Shown here: positions 37,033 through 51,110 of the stretch, piece by piece | Layout of the letters: every line of letters begins with the position of its first letter | How positions within the stretch are numbered: position 1 is the stretch's first letter | NCBI GenBank assembly: GCA_951406725.2 | Contig: OX597828.1 | Span: 50,096,001 to 50,160,000, forward strand | From: Octopus vulgaris | Taxonomy: Eukaryota | DNA: 64,000 nucleotides | Reading direction: 5' to 3' | Translations under genes and position numbers: made by a program | Notes under the pieces: generated by a model | Seen by the model: only the letters and a program-made list of their open reading frames with translations | Database searches by the model: none | Told to the model about the DNA's origin: nothing

Positions 37033-37707
37033 TACCACACAGCCACTCCTGCTCAGAGTCTATATAAAAAATTAAACGATTCAAAATTGTTGATTGAAAA
37101 CCAGTCAAACATCGATTATGCTAAACAGAACTTATGAAAAAAAAAAAAAAGAGTAGAGAACAACAGACAGCGTGTATGAGGCACAATCATGGAGAGAGTT
37201 GGACAGATGGACACAGGAGGGAGACAGTCATACGATCAGTCAGACTGAGTTCAACTGGACTTGTCAACACGAACATTTTGCAACACCCAATGACCAAATA
37301 ACTAACTTAAAAATCAGCCATAGTAGAAAACACCTGTACTCTTTTTCTCCCTCTTTTTCATCTACACTCAATCAAATAAGCTTTCCAATTTAGATCCTCT
37401 TACAGAATCAGATCACTATGTCAATCATATTTCTCCGACTTCATTACATTACTTACTTTTCTTGGAACGGACGTGTTCCATTTTCCACTATTAACAATAA
37501 AATATGATAAACTTAAACGTCAAGGTACTGTTATATTTCATTAGACCTGTCCATCACTATCAAAATATATTCCCTCATGTTCCCTTTCTCTCTGTTCACA
37601 TTGAATACCTTTATTTTTCTTATATTTTTTTTGTGTATTGATCATATCGCTTTTTTTTTCTTTCTATCTTACCTATTTTTCCTTTTTAACCTGTTTAAGT
37701 ATAAATA

Positions 37708-37807
<100 letters not shown>

Positions 37808-37808
37808 C

Positions 37809-38936
37809 TGACCGAACTGCAGTCGTGGATCAAAAAAAGGCCGAGGAAGGGCGAATGGCACCGCGAGTGTCGCGTTGCTCTCAAGCAACTCTGCCGTCTC
37901 GGGTCGACCTTGAGTGACTCCATCACAACCAAAGCATTCTATAGGGGATTAGTGGAGGGGAGGTACGACGACGAGGAATACCTGACCTGCCTGTTCGGGA
38001 CGACTTTCGGGCCAGAGCCCATGGACAACTTCCAGAGATCCCTGGCCTGGCAGTGCTACCGAGAAGCGCTACCCGTTCGGGATAAGCTCTACAGACACGG
38101 CTCGAGAAACACGGGGCCGACCTGTCCGAGATGCGGTCAGAGCGACGAAACCGTTCTGCACGCACTCGTGCAGTGTCCAACAATTTCCGACCTGTGTGCT
38201 TATGTCGAACAACTGCTGTCACGTGTGGGACGAGTCGGTTTATCAGCTGAGTCTATCGTCAATATTGTCACGCCTCCTTCCTTCAAACGGGAAGGAAGAG
38301 CTATTTTCATCATCCTTGTGGCTATGGCGAAAGAATGTATCAGGTGGACGCGTCTGAAAGGATTGGAGACAAATACTTTCCTCTCTGGTCAATCTCTCAT
38401 CAACTTCTTCAAGTACCACTTGAAAAGGAAAGTGAGAGTAGAGAGGCAAGTTTTGTCTTGCGAATGTTTTAAAAAAAGATGGGTGAATGACGAAGCCACC
38501 TTGAGCATAATCCTATGAACCCAGAAATTGAAAATAGAGGGTTACCCACTTGCAAACAAATGTGGTAACATATAACTATATTGACCGAGGTTACCGTGGT
38601 TTTTTTCGTAGGCTTTTCTTCTCACGGACAAACCTTATCTGCTTACCCCTTTACACCGTACATCATGACACTGTGATACACGATCCCTATTGATCATTTT
38701 TTCCCTCTTCCCCTTTTTTCCTCTTTTTTCCTTTTCCTTTCTTTTGTTTCTTTTCCTTTTTTTCCTTTTTTTCTTTTTTTTTTCCCTTTTACGATACCTT
38801 TTGATCGAAAACCTACGCCACTTTTTTTTTGTTTCTTCTGTTTTTTGTTTTTTGTTTTTTTCATCCCCTAAAAGAAAAGCTCTACCTTGTAATTTGTCCC
38901 ATCTGTGTGCAGCCCTGTGTGGCCAATAAAGAAACT
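37809..38936 (+). mobile_element. Tx1/L1-clade LINE 3' end (C-terminal zinc finger + 3' UTR) inserted in (TCTA)n
   Basis: W...REALPV...CPRCGQSDETVLHALVQCP zinc-finger motif; T-rich 3' UTR; aataaagaaa end; TCTA repeats on both sides. Confidence 0.85.
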
Positions 38937-38952
38937 TATCTATCTATCTATC

Positions 38953-39360
38953 TTTGTTCTTTATTGTCCACAAGGGGATAAACATAGAAGGGACAAACAA
39001 GGACAGACAAAGAGATTAAGTCGATTACATCGACCCCAGTGCGTAACTGCTACTTAATTTATCGACCCCGAAAGGATGAAAGGCAAAGTCGACCTCGACG
39101 GAATACAGAACGTAACGGCAGACGAAATACCTATTTCTTTACTAGCCACAAGGGGCTAAGCACAGAGCGGACAAACAAGGACAGACAAACGAATTAAGTC
39201 GATTACATCGACCGCAGTGCGTAACTGGTACTTAATTTATCGACTCCGAAAGGATGAAAGGCAAAGTCGACCTCGGCGGAATTTGAACTCAGAACGTTAC
39301 GGCAGACGAAATATGGCTACGCATTTCGCCCGGTGTGCTAACGTTTCTGCCAGCTCACCG
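38953..39360 (-). mobile_element. Two stacked SINE C copies
   Basis: Second copy's tail joins at gaaatacc (39131) within the first. Confidence 0.85.
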
Positions 39361-39447
<87 letters not shown>

Positions 39448-39689
39448 GTCTGTCTGTCTGTCTGTCTATCAATCTATCTACTCACACGCACACACTCATA
39501 CATACACCCACTCACACACAAGCATACATACACACATACACACACAAACGTACATACACATGTGCACATACACGCAGACACATACATATATACACCTACC
39601 CATCCACACATACATATGAATATTAATTAAGCCAGTGAAGAGTCGAATCGGTTTAATTACTGAGTACTGCTGAAATGATATGTATCAAA

Positions 39690-40350
39690 ACCATATATGC
39701 TGCAAGCCTTCGAAAATAGATTAACGGTTACAAAACTCATTATAGATTTACTCAATTCGATATTGTTGGGCTGAATTCTTTCATTTAGAAACACAGACCA
39801 GCACATTAATATTTGATCAGAAATATCGCACTGTAAATGATGGTAACTTAGAAATAATTTGCACGCCCCTTAAATACCGCTGCTTGATAAAAATCCGCTT
39901 GGGTTTAAAAACATACAAAACAAGTGAATTTGATGTTACTAGTATAGGATCGGTTGATAGCGCTGAGATATTAAAAAATCATGGGCTATAAATCTTAAAA
40001 ACCCTAAAAAATAAATTGAAAACATAAAACACAGATTTATACAAACACAGTATGTTAGTCCTCACATATTCCACTAAATGCCAAGAATTAAATTTAAAAA
40101 TAAAAGTTTTAACTAGCACTTTCAATGGCTTTGGCTTTCGAATCCAGGAATATAAGAATTATTAATATGATAAAATAAAGCTTTGGATTTCATACGAATA
40201 AATATCAATAAACAGAATGAAAAGCTTATGTATATAAATGAGAAATACCTCTCAGCACTTTCCGAAATTTAGGTGATAAAACAAGAAAAGAATTTCTTAA
40301 TACGAAAGAAACATTCGTAAAAGCTATTACAATAATGAACTAAAGCACCA
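39690..40350 (+). pseudogene. Highly decayed Penelope-like RT
   Basis: Frame-broken FDIV..., EFDVT-IGSVDSAEI (cf. FDVTMGSFDGAE), DLYKHSML (cf. GLYRDDGL). Confidence 0.6.
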
Positions 40351-41852
40351 AATTCTTTAAAAGCCATTCACTTTGTTCACAATCTCCACAGCTACCAATC
40401 ATAAAAACTGCCACATTACTTTACTTAATTCGAAACTGTAAAATCAACATAGCAATTATTTCAACCTCGACTAACACACCCCAATCCTTTATCTACAGGC
40501 ATCAAAACACCATCAAGGTCTATTAGAAGCCCGCAACTATTGAAATTATCTAATCGTAACGATCTATCAATCTAAGGAACATAATATAAGGTACGCTTAT
40601 ATTATGTTCCTTATAGAGATAATATGCTGACGTTGTTAATTAGTATGAGCGTCTGTTTTTTCTAGCCCCTGGATTTTCAAACAACTACACACATATATGT
40701 ATACATGTCTGTCCTGTCCGTCTGTCTCTCCCACTTTCTCTCTCTCACTGTATACACCCCACCACACACATACACACACAAATATAATGCAAGATTTATA
40801 AAGTGTATCAAATGTTCCCGACTGTCCTTTGGCGAAACTCAGAGCAGAATATCAATTATGAAAAGTAAAGGACATATCTACTCACTCATCTCACATACTG
40901 AGTTCTACACACACAAACACACGCACACGCATGCACGCACACACAGACACACAGACACACACACACAGACACACAGACACACACGTACACGTACATAAAC
41001 ACACACAAACACGCACACAATATCACACATACACCTACATACAGATATGTAGCATCTATTCATGGACAGATCGGGGATTGACATCTAATCTCTGAAGATT
41101 GCCAAAAATAGGCCCGAAACTAATAAGGCTAACATCTCTTTTTCGTCCACTGCATTAAATCTATTGCAGCGCCGGCTAAAAGTTTTCCTCTACATCCAGA
41201 ACATACTGTACAGAACATCGACATGATATAAATTTACAGCAAATAGTCTGAAATACATGTTAATCGGCGTTCCACGTAGGCTTCCAGATTATTCCGTGAT
41301 TGAAAGGAATATTGAAACTAGAGGCGAAAAAAATCGATATTTCAATGTAATTTAGAGTTTTCAATTATCGACTGTTTTATACAAATTGTAGTAAACACTC
41401 ACGTGGACGGTTGAGTTTCACATATCCTAATATGGTAAGTTTAAAATCTTTGATTAAGAGAAAGATTACCGATGAAATTTGTAAATAAAAAACAAAAATG
41501 TACCTCTTGAAGTGAGTAAAATCTAAAAACTACAGGGGAGACAACTACAATAAAATCAGATAATTGAAATTGGCAGATCTAAAAGTTTCTAGTAAAGGAG
41601 TGGATTTAGTCACGTAACGAAAAGTACTTACTGGATGACCAACTGAATTGATTTAATAAACTCGTTCTTTTTCCTGTAACTTTTCTTGTCTGTTTGTGCC
41701 TTTCTTTCTTTCCTTCCTTCTTCCTTTCTTCCTTTCTTTCTTTCACTCTTTTTTTCTTTTGCTCCCTTTCTCTGGCCACTCGCATTCTCACACAATTAAA
41801 CACACACACACATATAAGCACACATACATACTTCTATGCACATACAAGTACA

Positions 41853-41894
<42 letters not shown>

Positions 41895-42029
41895 CATACA
41901 AACACATACACACATCGAACACAGACATATACGTACAAAACACACACATCCATATACATATATATATATATGTATATTTATCTATATATATGCACGTATG
42001 AATGTATATAGATGTATACAACATATATG

Positions 42030-42061
<32 letters not shown>

Positions 42062-42062
42062 C

Positions 42063-42124
<62 letters not shown>

Positions 42125-42443
42125 TATATATGTATATATGTAGGTATGGTATGCATGTGCGCACACAGAGATACGCGCATATATATATACATATATAAAA
42201 CATACACACACACACACTCATACTCTCCTGCATGTGTTTGCGCGCGCGTGTGTATGTGTGTATGTGTGTATGTGTGTATGTGTGTATGTGTGTGTGTGTG
42301 TGTGTGAGTATACGTGCTTATGACATTGTAACACTATGATTTGTAGAAATCATTTTCCTGCTGCGAGTAGAATTCATACAAACACACACGCACACACACA
42401 TGTTCACACACACACACACACAAACAAACAAAAGATTAAAGAC

Positions 42444-42522
<79 letters not shown>

Positions 42523-42588
42523 CTTTCTTTCTCTCTCTTTCTCTCTCTCTCTCTGTATGTATATATATATATATATATATATATACGA

Positions 42589-42686
<98 letters not shown>

Positions 42687-43326
42687 TCACACACATACGC
42701 GTGCGCGAGCACACACACACATTTATATATGTAACATTTTGAATAAAAGTATTGCATACCAAAATAAAAGCAAAACTTCTATTTCAATTAAAGCAAAAAA
42801 AAAAAAAAACCCAAAAACAAAAACAAAAAAACATAGCTGTATGATTTACAATAAAACAACATTTAACTCATTTCGAATTTACCCTTTTTTTTCTTCTCCG
42901 CAACGATATTCATTTCGTTGGATTGACTCTGACTACATCGAAATGAAAGATTACTTCAGATTTACAACTTAAATATCCCAACAAATAAGAATACGTAACA
43001 CCAAACAGAAACAGTACAAAGAAAGGTTAGAGCTCTAATATTAAACACAAACACAGAATATCTCCATTCTTTTTTCCTCCCCCTTCTTCCCTACTCTCCC
43101 TCGCTCTCCATCACCGTGTTACTCTCTTATTTTCTCCTTCTCTCTTACTATCTCTTGTCTAAATTTTCCCTCTCTTTGTCTCTCTATCTCAACCTCTCCC
43201 CCCCTCCTCCTCCTCCTCCTCCTCCTCTCTCTCATTCTTTCCTTTACTTAGCTCAACTTTCTATCACTCGCAGCGCTTGTCTTTTCTGTTTTCGTCCTCT
43301 CGATTTTTCTCTTTTCTTTATTCATA

Positions 43327-43375
<49 letters not shown>

Positions 43376-43627
43376 TTTGTTTGTGTGTGTGTGTGTGTGT
43401 GTGTGTGCTCACGCGTGTGTATGTATGCGTATATGTGTGTATATATATGTATGCATAATAAATATATGTATGAATGTATATTTAAGTATATGTATATACA
43501 TACATACACATACGTTATATATACGCAAACAATCATATATACTGTATATATGTATGTATAAAAAATCGTATGTATATGTCTGTATACATAATTACACACA
43601 CACACACACATGTATGTGCCCTATATA

Positions 43628-43671
<44 letters not shown>

Positions 43672-43848
43672 GGTACATAAGTATGTATGATACACACACA
43701 TGCATGTAATGTATATATATTATATATATGTACATATATATGATATATATATAATGTATGCATATATGTGAGTGTGTATATGTAGGATGCTTGTGTGTGT
43801 GTGTGTGTGAGTGTGTACATATACACATACGCACCGTTATGTTATATA

Positions 43849-44022
43849 TGTATTTGCATATACATGTATTTGCATATACATGTATTTGCATATATATGTA
43901 TTTGCATATATATGTATTTGCATATATATGTATTTGCATATATATGTATTTGCATATATATGTATTTGCATATATATGTATTTGCATATATATGTATTTG
44001 CATATATATGTATTTGCATATA
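43849..44022. repeat. 16-bp minisatellite (TATTTGCATATATATG) x11
   Basis: Direct count. Confidence 0.95.
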
Positions 44023-44331
44023 CCAAACAGCTAACCGATGTAGAGTGTACATTTATTGATTATGTATTAAAACTTAAGATATTTCTAAATTTTTCGTGTT
44101 TCAAGTTTGAAGAGTATTTATGTATACTTTCATATTCTTCATATCCAGCACACGTACAATGACTCGGTAAAAATGAATTACCACTTACGGACTGGGGTGA
44201 GGTGATCGACTGTCCCCCAACTCTCAAAAATTGCTAACCTGCCTACGTTAGAAACGATCAATCCCACAAGCTTTTGTTCATTTATAATGATAATAATAAT
44301 AATAATAATAATGATGATGATGATGATGATG

Positions 44332-44386
<55 letters not shown>

Positions 44387-44388
<2 letters not shown>

Positions 44389-44932
44389 CCAACATTATGG
44401 AATAACAACAGAAAAAAGATGGTATAAGCACACACCAGAAAAGGTCACAGAAAACGAGAAAGCAACCATACTCTGGGATATGCCGATACACACAGATAGA
44501 GAAATTAAGGCCAACAGACCAGATATAGTTGTCAGAGATCATGAAGAAAAAAATGCTTTCTAATTGATGTATCAATACCGGCAGATGACAACGTGTCTCT
44601 AAAAGAAATGGAGAAACTCTCAAAATACAAAGACCTGGAAATAGAGGTAACTAGAATGTGGAATCTGAAAACAGAAACAATTCCTATCATAGTAGGTGCA
44701 TTAGGCATGATAAAAAAATATTCAGACAAATACATAACAAAAACACCAGGACTTACAAACACATATAACATACAGAAAATTGCACTACTAGGCACTGCAC
44801 ACATCCTACGCAGAACACTTTCCATACAATAACCATCAGAGCATCACAACAAATCACAGCACATACCCAAGGCACACAGAGCTGCGCTCGGTAGTGAAGT
44901 GAAAGCACGCTATAAAAATAAAACTACTGAAT
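44387..44932 (+). mobile_element. R4/Dong-clade 3' end with restriction-like endonuclease, inserted in (TAA)n
   Basis: ILWDMPIHTDREIKANRPDIVV..IDVSIP.D..KE.EKLSKYKDL..PIIVGALG..LLGTAHILR*; (TAA)n on both sides. Confidence 0.92.
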
Positions 44933-44933
44933 G

Positions 44934-45007
<74 letters not shown>

Positions 45008-45169
45008 CCGTTCTATTAGAGGCACAAGACCTGAAATTTGTGGGGTGGGGTCTAGGATGAAAGGCAAAGTCTACCTCGGCGGAATATGAACTTAGAACGT
45101 AGCGATGGGCGAAATACTGCTAAGCATTTCGTCCAGCGCGCTAACGTTTCTGTCAACCCGCTTGATATT

Positions 45170-45455
45170 TATTCTATCGGTCTCTTTTGCTGAACTGCTA
45201 GTGTACAGGAACGGAAACGTACCAACACCGGATGTCAAACACAAAGCACACCCACACATTCACGCCTATACAGACAGAGAGACAGACAGACAGACAAACA
45301 GAAACACACACACACACACATATATATAAGACGGGCTTCTTTCAGTTTCTGTCTACCAAATTCACTCACGAGGCTTTGGTCGACCCGAGGCCGTAGTAGA
45401 AGACACTTGTCCAAGGTGCCATGCATTAGGAAAGCAAGCTTCTTGCTACACAACT
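45170..45455 (-). mobile_element. SINE family A, partial/diverged (SINE C piece at ~45010-45160)
   Basis: Similarity to other copies. Confidence 0.75.
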
Positions 45456-46103
45456 ATCATAATAATAACTAGCAGTATAAGCCGGCTTTGACCGGGAATA
45501 AGTTAGGATTATTAGGCTAATCAAGTACGTACACCTATTGCATATATGTTTTTTGTACGCATACATGTTCATAAACAGAAATAAATGGAAAAAATGTTGG
45601 TAAATTTGTGGATAAACACTCGCACGATTTTCACTAAGAAACAAAATTGGATTTTTTGCGTGGAATCAACTAGTCTGGCTTCCTAATATGCTACAAAACC
45701 CTTTTTGTGGTCCGAAAAACGGGGTGGAGTGTGGTGGAAGTCTCGGAAATTGTCCTAATTTATATTGTGTAATTCACTGACAAATTGTTACCTACCTCTT
45801 TGTTTCTTTGTTGTTAAATATATGGATTCTCAACAAAACACTTTTTTACTCGGCATAAAATAAAAACAAAACTCTTTCGCGCCCAAAGTAATGTATGTGT
45901 GTGTAAGAGGGGAAGAGGCATGAACGATTTAAAATAAATAAATGATTTAAAATATATTTTAATTGGTGTATGAGAAAGTATATATAATCTGATTATAAAA
46001 TATAGTGTCTTTCAAAACATACTAAATTTGAATACTATATCTCGTGTTTAAGAAAAACAACAAAACATTTTACATTTTTATTTTTGATGAACGCTGTCAC
46101 TCA

Positions 46104-46138
<35 letters not shown>

Positions 46139-46324
46139 ACACTTTGTCGTTACCTTTTTTGTTAGACGCTGTCAAACTCTCTCCCACTTTTCTTTACTTT
46201 TTTTTGTTAGATGCTATCAAACTCTCTCCCTCTCTCCATCTCTCCCTTACACATATTTTTTCTTTACTTTTTGTTAGATGCTGTCAAACACTTTCCTGGT
46301 ATCTGAGCTAGGTAGCAATCAGCC

Positions 46325-46430
46325 CCTTTTGTTATCATTCGTAGGTCACCTATAACAACAGGTATTGTTTTGGTTTTCAGGTTTCACACTTTGCTAATTT
46401 CTATTTCAAGATCTTTATACTTGCTCAGTA
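46325..46430 (-). pseudogene. Small R4/Dong endonuclease fragment
   Basis: SKYKDLEIEISKV*NLKTKTIPVVIG, adjacent to (TTA)n. Confidence 0.75.
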
Positions 46431-46479
46431 TTATTATTATTATTGTTGCTGTTGTTGTTGTTGCTGTTGTTGTTGATGA

Positions 46480-46588
<109 letters not shown>

Positions 46589-47021
46589 TTTATCATCATC
46601 ATCATTATATTATTAGTTGCAGCAGTGGTAGTATTAGTAGCTGCAGCAGCAGAAGTATCTATGCAATAGTTGAGCACATAACAAGTTTGTTGAATGTGTA
46701 ACAACATTGAAAATGAAGAAAAGTTTAAAATGTCACATAGTCAACGTTGAATTTCTCTTTAAAAATAACACACATGTAGCTAGAAGCTCATAATAGAGCC
46801 TATGTGGTATTTCGAATTTGTAGATTTTTGATTAAATATTTCGCAAAATAATGTAAAGAATGACAGAATACTCTTATGGAGAATTTATAAAATCATAAAT
46901 TTAATGTTGTTACTTATTTTTTCGTACACACACAGACACACACAAAACAGACAGACACACACACACATAGACATACACAAACGTATAGTGTTTTATATCA
47001 TATACCAAATATTCTGTTTCA

Positions 47022-47190
47022 TTGAAAGAAAATAGACAAAGGAAGTTATTATGGTATAATCCCCTCATTAGTCTTAATGTGCGTACTAATGTTTTTAGAA
47101 TCTCCTTAGATCCAGTTCATAAACATGTCCTGTCAGGACACAATGCAAAATCTTTAATAATTACAATGTTAAAATTTAGCTACATTCGTG
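47022..47190 (+). pseudogene. Penelope-like element fragment (post-RT linker)
   Basis: RQRKLLWYNPLISLNVRTNV..KH..KFSY (cf. RKIIWFNPPYSxNVKTNI..KHFP..KxSYSC). Confidence 0.7.
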
Positions 47191-47764
47191 CTATTTACTA
47201 TCTCAATTGCAGAAATAAATATTGCAGACTTATTGAGCTAACCATTCAAATCAATCTCCGCCAAATAGTCTTCTGCATTAACGTTGTACCGATTCTGCCC
47301 AAGGTAGCCTTTCAAAGGCATTAGTATTTAGGGCGAATCTACATAGCAATAGAAAAGAAAAGGAAAATAAACTACCTCAAAGGCGATGTCTCTCAGAATG
47401 TCCATTTTAGAGAATATTCAGAGAACACATAAGCTTTCGAACATTCGGTACGGAAAATTATTACGTCTTTGTCAAAGTATTTATGGAATCAATAGGTAAA
47501 CAACGTTGAAAATTTCAAAATAATGTAGTGAAACATGCTGCTGCATATGAAAATGTCTTGAATAGAATGTGAAGTGCCTCTTTCTCTCGCTCCCTTTCTC
47601 TTTCCCTTCCTCTCTTCATGTATACGCAGACACACATGCGCACACACTCGCATGCACACACACACACACACACACACATTCTAATTCATAATTTAATATT
47701 CTTTCACGTGTACAACGCTGCACACACCAACAAATAGACTCCATTCTATTTGCATATAATATAT

Positions 47765-47992
47765 ATTTGCTACCCACAAGGGGCTAAACACAGAGAAGAC
47801 AAACAAGGACAGACAAACGGATTAAGTCGATTACATCGACCCCAGTGCGTAACTGGTACTTAATTTATCGACCCCGAGAAGATGAAAGTCAAAGTCGACC
47901 TCGGCGGAATTTGAACTCGGAACGTAACGGCAGACGAAATACGACTACGCATTTCGCCCGGTGTGCTAACGTTTCTGCCAGCTCGCCGCCTT
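47765..47992 (-). mobile_element. SINE family C
   Basis: Similarity; flanking duplication tatttgcatataa. Confidence 0.88.
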
Positions 47993-48150
47993 ATATTTGC
48001 ATATAAGTACCATACCAGCGATCCATTTCGTTTCGAGGGGATCCGAAAACATGGTATTGAAGAGCCACAATAATGGCGAAATGAGCATTTAAACAAAAAG
48101 GGAACAGCAAATGGGCGTTTAAACAAAACGCAAACGCTATATGTGTGCGA

Positions 48151-48181
<31 letters not shown>

Positions 48182-49238
48182 GCTGTATGTACATAAATAT
48201 ATGCATGTCTTAAATATTCATGCAGATATATATATTGTTTTATACTTTATCACTGCGTGTAAGAATGTGCAAGGTGCAAATATTCATTTTAACATTGTCT
48301 TCTCTCATGTTGTGAGGCGTGTCTATACAAGCAATCTTCTAGTTATAATACCAGAAAATCACATGCATAAACACATACACACACACAAGCACATATACAA
48401 ACACTCACACATACACTCACACACAGACACACACACACAGCACATTTGAATATTTATTGATCATACCTTTGTGTTTTAGCGTTGTAAACTGAATGATGTG
48501 GTAAGAATCGAGAAACGATCTTGAGTCACAAATGTCAGTATACATTACTGGAAAATTCGACATCATCCTTACCTTCTTCAAATATCGTTTCTTTGAGACT
48601 CATATTCATACGGTAATTTGGAGCTAAAGCGATGCTGGGTGCAGGCTATTTTTGTTAAATAACATATTTACAGAAATCAATGAAAAATATTTATGAAACG
48701 AAACTCAAGAAAATATATAAATTAACCACAAAATGGAAGCAATTTACTGTAGTATCAGTGTAGTTCACTCTTTTCAAAGTGCATAACAACATTTGCATGG
48801 AAAAATTTTACTAGTCGCCATTTGCAATTAGCATTCTCATTTTTCTTCTTATATCGTTTCTATATTTTTTTCTTAGAAAAAGGAAACATTTATTTAAAAT
48901 ATTTTTCGATTAAAAGAATTTGAAATACAAAATACAAATATTTATCAATATTTTTTTATGCTCCTTTTATCAAGTTCGTCGACCACTGGTTTCAATTAAT
49001 GGATTTCAGTTAAGTTAAATCGCAAATACTCAGAGGAACCAACTACTTATTTTTTAAATAATAGATTCTGTGTCTAAAGCAAGTGATGTAATTGACAATT
49101 TGCTGTGTATGGATTTGTCTTTGATACACTGGTGGTGGATTTCCGTCGTTTGACGACGAGGATCCACATGTTCACTCAAATAAATGACCTGCTCCTGAAT
49201 TAACATGTAAATGACGACGTTTCACAGACACATGTACC

Positions 49239-49398
49239 TATTTCTTTATTACCCACAAGGGGCTAAACACAGAGCGGACAAACAAGGACAGACATAGGTA
49301 TTAAGTCGATTACATCGACCCCAGTGCGTAACTGGTACTTAATTTATCGACCTCGAAAGGATGAAAGGCAAAGTCGACCTCGGCGGAATTTGAACTCA
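49239..49398 (-). mobile_element. 5'-truncated SINE C inserted into a decayed SINE B tail
   Basis: TSD cacaga(c/t)acatgtacc at 49223-49238 / 49397-49412. Confidence 0.88.
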
Positions 49399-49951
49399 CA
49401 GATACATGTACCCTTAATGTAATTCTTAGGCAGAATCAGCGTCCCGCAATGCGTAACAAGATGAGCCTTTTTTTGAATTACAATCTAGCTAACGGGCCTT
49501 TATACAGTTTCCGTCTACTCAGTTTCATTCACATGGTATGGGTTGACCCGAGGCCGTTGACCTTCCCAAGATGTCACACAGACCCAGGGAAAAGTATTTG
49601 CAAAGTCAACGTCTTAACTATTTGGCCATATTACAACTACATTACAACTACACTAAATTACAATTAAATCAATCACTGCTATTCCAACAAACCAGCAGAT
49701 CTCAGTATATTAAACGTGTGTTAATTTCTGTTATTGAAATCTGAAGGGGTTAATATGTTGACCTCTCAGTTTCCACCGTATCTCTGGTAGTCGGCTATAA
49801 AACATCTTCAACATTTTCTCTCTCAATATGATATCCTTTTATCTCACTAACATGACATTTCTTTCCTGTATCACTCACATGGCATTTTCCTGTCTCATAT
49901 GTTCTGCCTAATTAAAACTACTTCGGTACTTTTGTATCAGCATAATATCTC

Positions 49952-50162
49952 TCTTTTACTCTTTTACTTGTTTCAGTCATTTGACTGCGGCCATGCTGGA
50001 GCACCGCCTTTAGTCGAGCAAGTCGACCCCGGGACTTATTCTTTTTGTAAGCCCAGTACTTATTATATCGTTCTCTTTTTGCCGAACCGCTAAGTGACGG
50101 GGACGTAAACACACCAGCATCGGTTGTCAAGCAATGCTAGGGGAACAAACACAGACACACAA

Positions 50163-50200
<38 letters not shown>

Positions 50201-50371
50201 ATATATACGACAGGCTTCTTTCAGTTTCCGTCTACCAAATCCACTCACAAGGCATTGGTCGGCCCGGGGCTATAGCAGAAGACACTTGCCCAAGATGCCA
50301 TGCAGTGGGACTGAACCCGGAATCATGTGGTTGGTTAGCAAGCTACTTACCACACAGCCACTCCTGCGCCT
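49952..50371 (-). mobile_element. SINE family A, full length
   Basis: Similarity to other copies. Confidence 0.9.
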
Positions 50372-50867
50372 ATTATCTGTTATCCTTTCCAACTAAACTT
50401 TTCTGTTCTCTTTCATCAACTTGACATCTGTTTCTCTCATCACCTAAAATCCTTTCTACTATAGGCATAAGGCCTGAAATTTGCGGGGAGGGGGTAAGCC
50501 GATGACATCGACCCCAATGTTAAACTGATACTTATTTTATCGACTCTGAAAGGATGAAAGGCAAAATCGACTTCAGCGGAATTTTAACTTAGAACGTAAA
50601 AACGGACGAAATGCCGCCAAGTATTTTGCCCGTCATGCTAAAGATTCTACCAGTTTGAGGCCTTTCTGATAAACTAAGACATCTGTTCTGTCGCATTAAA
50701 GCAACAACTACCCTTTTATCCGAGTAAACTCTTCTGCTCTGTTTCATTAACTCGATGCCACAAGGGTCATCATTTTAGAGAGTCTTAATTCGTTATTGGA
50801 GTACACGATATGAGGTTGGCTGTTTGTGAAGGCGAGGTGAGACTGGGTGTGTTAGTAATGCGAGGAA

Positions 50868-51110
50868 GTGGAGGTGCGTGGCTTAGTGGTTAGGATGTTG
50901 AACTAGTGATCGTAAGACTGGTTTCGATTCCTGGACCCGGCGATGAGTTGTTTTGAGCAAAACACTTCATTTCACGTTGCTCTAGTCTGCTCAGTTGGCA
51001 AAAATGAGCAACCCTGCGACGGACCGGTGTTCCGTCCAGGTGGGTAATATATACGCCATGAAACCGGGAAATCAGCCCTTATGAGTCGGCACGACTCGAG
51101 AAGATACCTT
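50868..51110 (+). mobile_element. SINE family B-related subfamily
   Basis: Similar to 1558-1780. Confidence 0.75.

Noticed and set aside
43849-44022. CRISPR-like array
   Set aside because: Contiguous tandem units without spacers; eukaryotic context
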